From assembly GCA_024280495.1 (NCBI GenBank), contig JAJRPZ010000050.1, forward strand, positions 1 to 33,080: a stretch of 33,080 nucleotides of DNA, given 5' to 3'. Positions within the stretch are counted from its first letter, which is position 1, and each line of letters opens with the position of its first letter. Made by a program: the position numbers and the translations under genes. The notes under the pieces are model-generated. The model made no database searches, was not told where the DNA came from, and saw only the letters and a list, made by a program, of their open reading frames with translations. Positions 28,209 to 33,080 of the stretch are shown here, piece by piece. Source of the stretch: Alphaproteobacteria bacterium (lineage in GTDB: Bacteria; Pseudomonadota; Alphaproteobacteria; Caedimonadales; UBA9215).

Positions 28209-29507
28209 ATGCATCAAGTTTTTTTTGAAACAGCTCCCTCCCCCACCAAAACCTTTGTTCTGTACCCTCAAACAGTTGCACAAAAAAGACGGGGTATTAA
28301 GCCCGAAGCGCGTCTCGAGGAAGCTCGCTGTTTAGCCATAGCCATTCATCTTGATATTGTAGGATCAACGTGGATTTCTTTGAGGGAAATCAAACCAGCA
28401 ACCTTTATCGGTGGAGGCCTTATTGAAGAGCTCTCCATAGAACTCAAAGATAAAAATATTGAACTAGTGGTCATTGATGCTAACCTCAGTCCAGTACAGC
28501 AGCGTAATCTTGAGGAAAAATGGGACCTTAAAGTTATTGATAGAACTGGGTTAATTCTCGAAATTTTTGGAGAACGTGCAAATACAGCAGAGGGGCGCTT
28601 GCAAGTTGAACATGCCTCTCTTTCCTATGAGAAAAGCCGTCTTGTTCGGACCTGGACTCACCTTGAGCGGCAACGCGGTGGTACCTCTACAACGGGTGGG
28701 CCAGGAGAACGCCAATTGGAAATCGATAAACGCCTCTTGAATGAGCGTATTCATCGCATTGAACAAGACCTTGAAAAAGTTAAAAAACGCCGCGCCCTTC
28801 AACGGAAAAGCCGACAAAAAACCCCCTTTCCCATTGTGGCCCTTGTGGGCTATACAAACGCGGGAAAATCAACACTTTTCAATGCCCTGACAAAAGCTGA
28901 CGTCATGGCAGAAGATATGCTTTTTGCGACCCTAGATCCCACCATGCGACAAGTGCGCCTTCCCTCTGGGCGTGAAATAATTCTTTCAGATACAGTGGGA
29001 TTTATTTCAGACTTGCCAACGCAATTAATAGCTGCTTTTAGGGCGACCCTTGAAGAAGTTCAAGCTGCCGATTTGGTTTTACATATCAGGGATAGTCAAA
29101 ATCCCAATGAAAAGAGCCAAGCCGAAGATGTCCATCAGGTTTTAAAAAACCTTGGGGTGGACCATCAAAACCCTAATGTCTTCACTATTTTTAATAAAAT
29201 AGACCTATTGAATGCAGAAGAAAAACAAACAATTAAAGACTTAAATCGAGATGTATTTTTTGTTTCTGCCCTTGAAAAAGTTGGCCTAAACAGTATGTTG
29301 GTAGATATAGACACCTATTTTGATAGTTTCAACCTCAATCGCACCCTTGAAATTGAAGCACAAAATGGGAAAGCCCTTGCGTGGATTCATGCTCATTGCA
29401 CGGTTCTTTCGAGTGAACCCTCTGTTGATAACGAAGAGCTCATACTTTTAAATATAAAAATTTCTAGAAAGGCGATGCACCAGTATAAGAATCTTTTCAA
29501 AATTTAA
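28209..29507 (+). CDS. hflX: GTPase HflX
   Basis: [25 protein letters not shown]; downstream of hfq. Confidence 0.98.
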   Translation: MHQVFFETAPSPTKTFVLYPQTVAQKRRGIKPEARLEEARCLAIAIHLDIVGSTWISLREIKPATFIGGGLIEELSIELKDKNIELVVIDANLSPVQQRNLEEKWDLKVIDRTGLILEIFGERANTAEGRLQVEHASLSYEKSRLVRTWTHLERQRGGTSTTGGPGERQLEIDKRLLNERIHRIEQDLEKVKKRRALQRKSRQKTPFPIVALVGYTNAGKSTLFNALTKADVMAEDMLFATLDPTMRQVRLPSGREIILSDTVGFISDLPTQLIAAFRATLEEVQAADLVLHIRDSQNPNEKSQAEDVHQVLKNLGVDHQNPNVFTIFNKIDLLNAEEKQTIKDLNRDVFFVSALEKVGLNSMLVDIDTYFDSFNLNRTLEIEAQNGKALAWIHAHCTVLSSEPSVDNEELILLNIKISRKAMHQYKNLFKI

Positions 29508-29536
29508 ACTAAAAATTTTTTTATAACGAGTGAGTC

Positions 29537-29564
29537 TTGTCATTACTTCTTTTTTCAGTATGAT
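29537..29564 (+). promoter_or_regulatory. Probable tRNA promoter TTGTCA-N16-TATGAT
   Basis: Sigma70-like boxes ending 12 nt upstream of the tRNA. Confidence 0.5.
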
Positions 29565-29576
29565 GATTTTGGACAT

Positions 29577-29653
29577 GCACCCGTAGCTCAGCTGGATAGA
29601 GCGTTGCCCTCCGAAGGCAAAGGTCAGGGGTTCAAATCCCTTCGGGTGCACCA
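29577..29653 (+). tRNA. tRNA-Arg(CCG)
   Basis: GCACCCG/CGGGTGC acceptor stem, TTGCC-CTCCGAA-GGCAA anticodon arm, GTTCAAATC T-arm, encoded CCA. Confidence 0.98.
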
Positions 29654-29672
29654 CCTTAATCTTTTTTATTTA

Positions 29673-31973
29673 TTATACAGAACCCAAATGATCAACAAAA
29701 CTCATCCCTGTCACTTTTTTTCTTAAATTATTTTCTCGTTGTATTGAGTTTATTAATTTAGAAAATAAATATTCATTATCATTATCATTGTCTATGAAAA
29801 AAGGATTTCCCATATAAAATGAATTAACAAACAATTCATTTTCATTGCCAGCTTGAATTATTTTATTTTTGATATATGCCCTCAAATTCTCAGAAACATC
29901 GCTTAATTCAAAAATTGAAGAAATTTCAATGTCCATAATGTCTTCTACATAATAAATAAGCTTTGATAAGAAATCATTGACAGCATTATTAAAATTTTCT
30001 TCTGTTGCAATCACAAGATTTTTTTGATGCTGAATATGTTTTTTCAGATTATAGGGACTCTTAATAAATTCTAAAGTAGCATAAAGATTTTTGAAATATT
30101 TTTCAAGGGTATTATGCCCATCTTCGATCTCAGGAACTAAAGCTGCATTAATATTAGAAGTTTTATTAATTTTATATTTATCAATAACTGCCTCTTGATA
30201 AAGACAAAATCCTTCCGCAATAAATTTTTCATCTAAAGTTCTATCAGGATGAATTCGGCTTGAGAGAAAATCTAGGTGCATCCTATTAAGATCGCTTCCT
30301 TTAGGTGAAAGTGATTCAAAATCAAACATAAAATTCAAGATATTTTGAATGTAGGCGTTAAACTCATTTTCTTGATTTGGAATGAAATGGCCTTTGTAAT
30401 ATAATGCCTTTTCTTGTATATTTTCATCGTATAAACTTTTATTTCCTTTTTTTGAATAAAATAAACGTACCTTTTTGTTTGTTCTTTTCAAAGCATCATA
30501 AAAAACGATACTTTCCCTTGGATCAACGCAACAATCTCCCAAAGTATGCACTAAAAGAACCTTGGATTTTATTTTCTCAATGCCTGACTTAACTGAAAGA
30601 TAATCAGGATAATCTCTTGAATCATCAATGGTAATACTCCCATCATGACTAATGACACCATCTATATCATCTGGATAGAGCTCCGAATGTTTGATGGCAG
30701 TCCGCCCTCCAAAACTTCCTCCATAAATATAAAATGGCACATTGAGTTCATTGGGGATAGAATCATGAAAAGAAAAAGTGGTGTCTTTAAGTTTTTGAAT
30801 AGCCACATGTATTGCTTCATGAATGCAACCATGAAGGTCTTTATTCATCGATCCTTGAAATTTATTAAGGTAAAGTAAATTAGGCAAGAGCAATTTAACA
30901 ACAAGCACGCCTTTTTCTGAGAGCCTTTGCGTTAAGGCATAAACTTTTTTCACATTTTTTTCTGCAATAGTATGCTTTTCATTCATTTGAAGCCCCCCAT
31001 AAGCATATATAAAAACTGCACTTATATCATTAGATTCTAAATATGACTCAGAAGGAGTATACATTGTATAACCAATAGGGATACCATCTTGGGGTATTAC
31101 ACTAGGATAATTATTTTTTATTATTCCCCATTTATCTTGATCCTTTTCTGGAATACAGTTGAATTTTTCAGCAGAAAAAGGATCACCTTCACCACCTAAA
31201 GCAAGAGGAATAGTTATTTTTTTTCCCTTTAAAAACTGAGTAGAAGGCTTAAAATCATCGCTTATATACCCATCATTGTTAACAACCATTCTGTTTTTAG
31301 AAAAAATCGAATTATTATTTATATAAGAGGTGTCTATGATTTTTCTTTCTTTTCTACTATCACCTGGTATTTTTGGAAAAATCATAGAAGAAAAATCATC
31401 ATTACAGAAATGATTCAAAATATCATTTACATCATTTTTTAAATATACTTGACCATTTTTCCTTATCCTAGATGCCTTAAACTCATTGATGAAATTCTTA
31501 ATTAATCTATCATCACACCCTTCTGGATTTTTGTAAATTTCCGAAAGAATTGATTCAAAATGTGTAATAATGTCAAAACTCCTCTCAGGATCGAACATCA
31601 TAGAGTCAAATAAATTCTTCTTCCTCATAAAATTTAAAATATTTTTAAGAAGATCATTATGATAACCAAAAAATACACTTTGTCGAACATCGTCACGCCT
31701 TAAAAAATAACAAAACATATTAACGTATTGGGATGATAGTTCTTTATATTCATCGGATAATTTGTTTTCCATGGAAGAATTTTTGAAAAATGTTTCAATG
31801 CAATTATCTGCATCCATCATGTATTCAAATATTTTTTCTGGAAGGTGCTCATGACATATTCTATTATAAAGATTGTAATAAATTTCTTTTGCATCATCTT
31901 CTGTTGTTATACTTGAAGCATTGGCTGAAAAGCCCATAGCAACTACCAATGCAACATTAAATAAAATCTTCAT
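29673..31973 (-). CDS. Large secreted protein with a central alpha/beta-hydrolase (S9 peptidase-like) domain
   Basis: Signal peptide ending SANA; YAYGG, GGSFGG nucleophile elbow, VHTLGDCCV Asp, KGHF His. Confidence 0.8.
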   Translation of the reverse strand: MKILFNVALVVAMGFSANASSITTEDDAKEIYYNLYNRICHEHLPEKIFEYMMDADNCIETFFKNSSMENKLSDEYKELSSQYVNMFCYFLRRDDVRQSVFFGYHNDLLKNILNFMRKKNLFDSMMFDPERSFDIITHFESILSEIYKNPEGCDDRLIKNFINEFKASRIRKNGQVYLKNDVNDILNHFCNDDFSSMIFPKIPGDSRKERKIIDTSYINNNSIFSKNRMVVNNDGYISDDFKPSTQFLKGKKITIPLALGGEGDPFSAEKFNCIPEKDQDKWGIIKNNYPSVIPQDGIPIGYTMYTPSESYLESNDISAVFIYAYGGLQMNEKHTIAEKNVKKVYALTQRLSEKGVLVVKLLLPNLLYLNKFQGSMNKDLHGCIHEAIHVAIQKLKDTTFSFHDSIPNELNVPFYIYGGSFGGRTAIKHSELYPDDIDGVISHDGSITIDDSRDYPDYLSVKSGIEKIKSKVLLVHTLGDCCVDPRESIVFYDALKRTNKKVRLFYSKKGNKSLYDENIQEKALYYKGHFIPNQENEFNAYIQNILNFMFDFESLSPKGSDLNRMHLDFLSSRIHPDRTLDEKFIAEGFCLYQEAVIDKYKINKTSNINAALVPEIEDGHNTLEKYFKNLYATLEFIKSPYNLKKHIQHQKNLVIATEENFNNAVNDFLSKLIYYVEDIMDIEISSIFELSDVSENLRAYIKNKIIQAGNENELFVNSFYMGNPFFIDNDNDNEYLFSKLINSIQRENNLRKKVTGMSFVDHLGSV

Positions 31974-32123
31974 AACACACCTTTTTTTTAATAGAATAAT
32001 AGACTATTATACATATGATATTAAAATCTATTTTGTCAATAAAAAATACTAAAAAATTAACATCAACAGATAATGCTAAACTTAAAGTGGTGTTTACAGG
32101 TAACCTAAGTCTTTTTATACCCC

Positions 32124-32714
32124 CTAAGCACTTTTGGAGAGAGGAGGTGATTTTGAATGCTCGGCCCAATCGGTATCAAGAACGCCGAAATTACAAGCAT
32201 CGCGATATTCTCCTTTGCTATAAAGGGATGAACGAGACACTCCCTCTACTAAGAAACCTACTTTTTCAAGGCATCTGGCCGCCGATGGATTTCTATTGGT
32301 GCAATAGGCACGAATCCTCTTGGCGTTACAAATCTTAAAACCATAGTCAAGGATGGCACGGCCCGCTTCTGGAATAATGCCCTGTCCCCAAAAAGTATCG
32401 GATAAACCATAATGAAAACGCATACAGCGTTTTGACTTGGAATCCCAAGTCAAGCCGACGGTACCAATGAGCATTTCAGGATTTTCTTTTAAAGTAATTC
32501 CCCAAGGTTCTGGAATTTCATTTGCATAGCTCTCAAAAACATAATTTTCGATAAAATTGTGAGTTGCCTCCATGGAATCATGGGCATACCAAGATGTATT
32601 CAATGCTACCTCTTCATTGGATGCATATGCAAAAATTGAATCAGCATCGGATAACTCTATGGGACGCAAATACAAACGCTCTGTTTCTAAAATGGGGGGG
32701 CGCCAATCGCTCAT
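32124..32714 (-). CDS. GNAT acetyltransferase, RimJ/RimL family
   Basis: LETERLYLRP, FWGQGI, NPSAARCLEKVGF. Confidence 0.92.
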   Translation of the reverse strand: MSDWRPPILETERLYLRPIELSDADSIFAYASNEEVALNTSWYAHDSMEATHNFIENYVFESYANEIPEPWGITLKENPEMLIGTVGLTWDSKSKRCMRFHYGLSDTFWGQGIIPEAGRAILDYGFKICNAKRIRAYCTNRNPSAARCLEKVGFLVEGVSRSSLYSKGEYRDACNFGVLDTDWAEHSKSPPLSKSA

Positions 32715-32798
32715 GCTTTATTCCTTTATTAAGGTCATTAAATCTATTTCTAGTTATACAAATTTCTTCCTTAATAAACTCTTAACAATATCTCAAAT

Positions 32799-33080
32799 TC
32801 AATCATTTTCCCTGAAAAAAGAAGCCGCATCTTTAACCTTACTTCCCCTAGAAGATCCAAATTCAAAAGAGTACGCATCCTTGAGACAAGCTCCAAAAAT
32901 ACCTGCAATTGTAGAAATAATTCCCACGGCTTCTCCTGGAAGGTTCTCTCGAAAAAGGGATAAAGAAATCAGGCAAGAGAGCAATCCAAGGGCGGCACTG
33001 ATGACCATGATATCGGCGCGAATATTAGACCTGCCCGACGAAATGAATGCCATATCTCGATAACGAGCATCTTGACGATC
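32799..33080 (-). CDS. Membrane protein resembling 3TM holins (5' end outside the window)
   Basis: Frame open to the window edge: DRQDARYRD, two TM segments, FEFGSSRGSKVKD. Confidence 0.6.
   Translation of the reverse strand, partial: DRQDARYRDMAFISSGRSNIRADIMVISAALGLLSCLISLSLFRENLPGEAVGIISTIAGIFGACLKDAYSFEFGSSRGSKVKDAASFFREND

Noticed and set aside
29448..29654. 68 aa minus-strand ORF
   Set aside because: Antisense shadow of tRNA-Arg and the hflX end
29654..32123. Integrative element at tRNA-Arg
   Set aside because: No integrase and no duplicated tRNA 3' end seen in the window
32572..33063. 163 aa plus-strand ORF
   Set aside because: Antisense to the GNAT and holin-like genes, which have recognisable motifs

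Overview
AT-rich alphaproteobacterial chromosome segment; gene content and several orphan signal-peptide proteins suggest a Holosporales-like lineage (inference). Left: flagellar genes fliM (partial), fliL, fliP, fliO, flgB, flgC and fliE, interleaved with bamE, a large TPR-like protein, a small chaperone-like gene and a FliW-type csrA. Middle: a response regulator/MBL-hydrolase pair, hemH, a candidate alpha-r8 (suhB/MmgR)-like sRNA, lpdA, a DEAD-box helicase, hemB, an orphan lipoprotein-TPR-secretin and uvrA. Right: pdhABC, a methyltransferase, a globin-MCP-PilZ chemoreceptor, hfq-hflX, tRNA-Arg(CCG), a low-GC secreted alpha/beta hydrolase, a GNAT and a partial 3TM-holin-like gene. Two related families of ~105 bp TATAG...CTATA palindromic elements are present, and one supplies gene 3' ends. 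Most notable: FlgC with an apparent Sec signal peptide, CsrA in an alphaproteobacterial flagellar operon, the sRNA and the TPR-secretin fusion. All calls come from reading motifs by eye; no searches were run.
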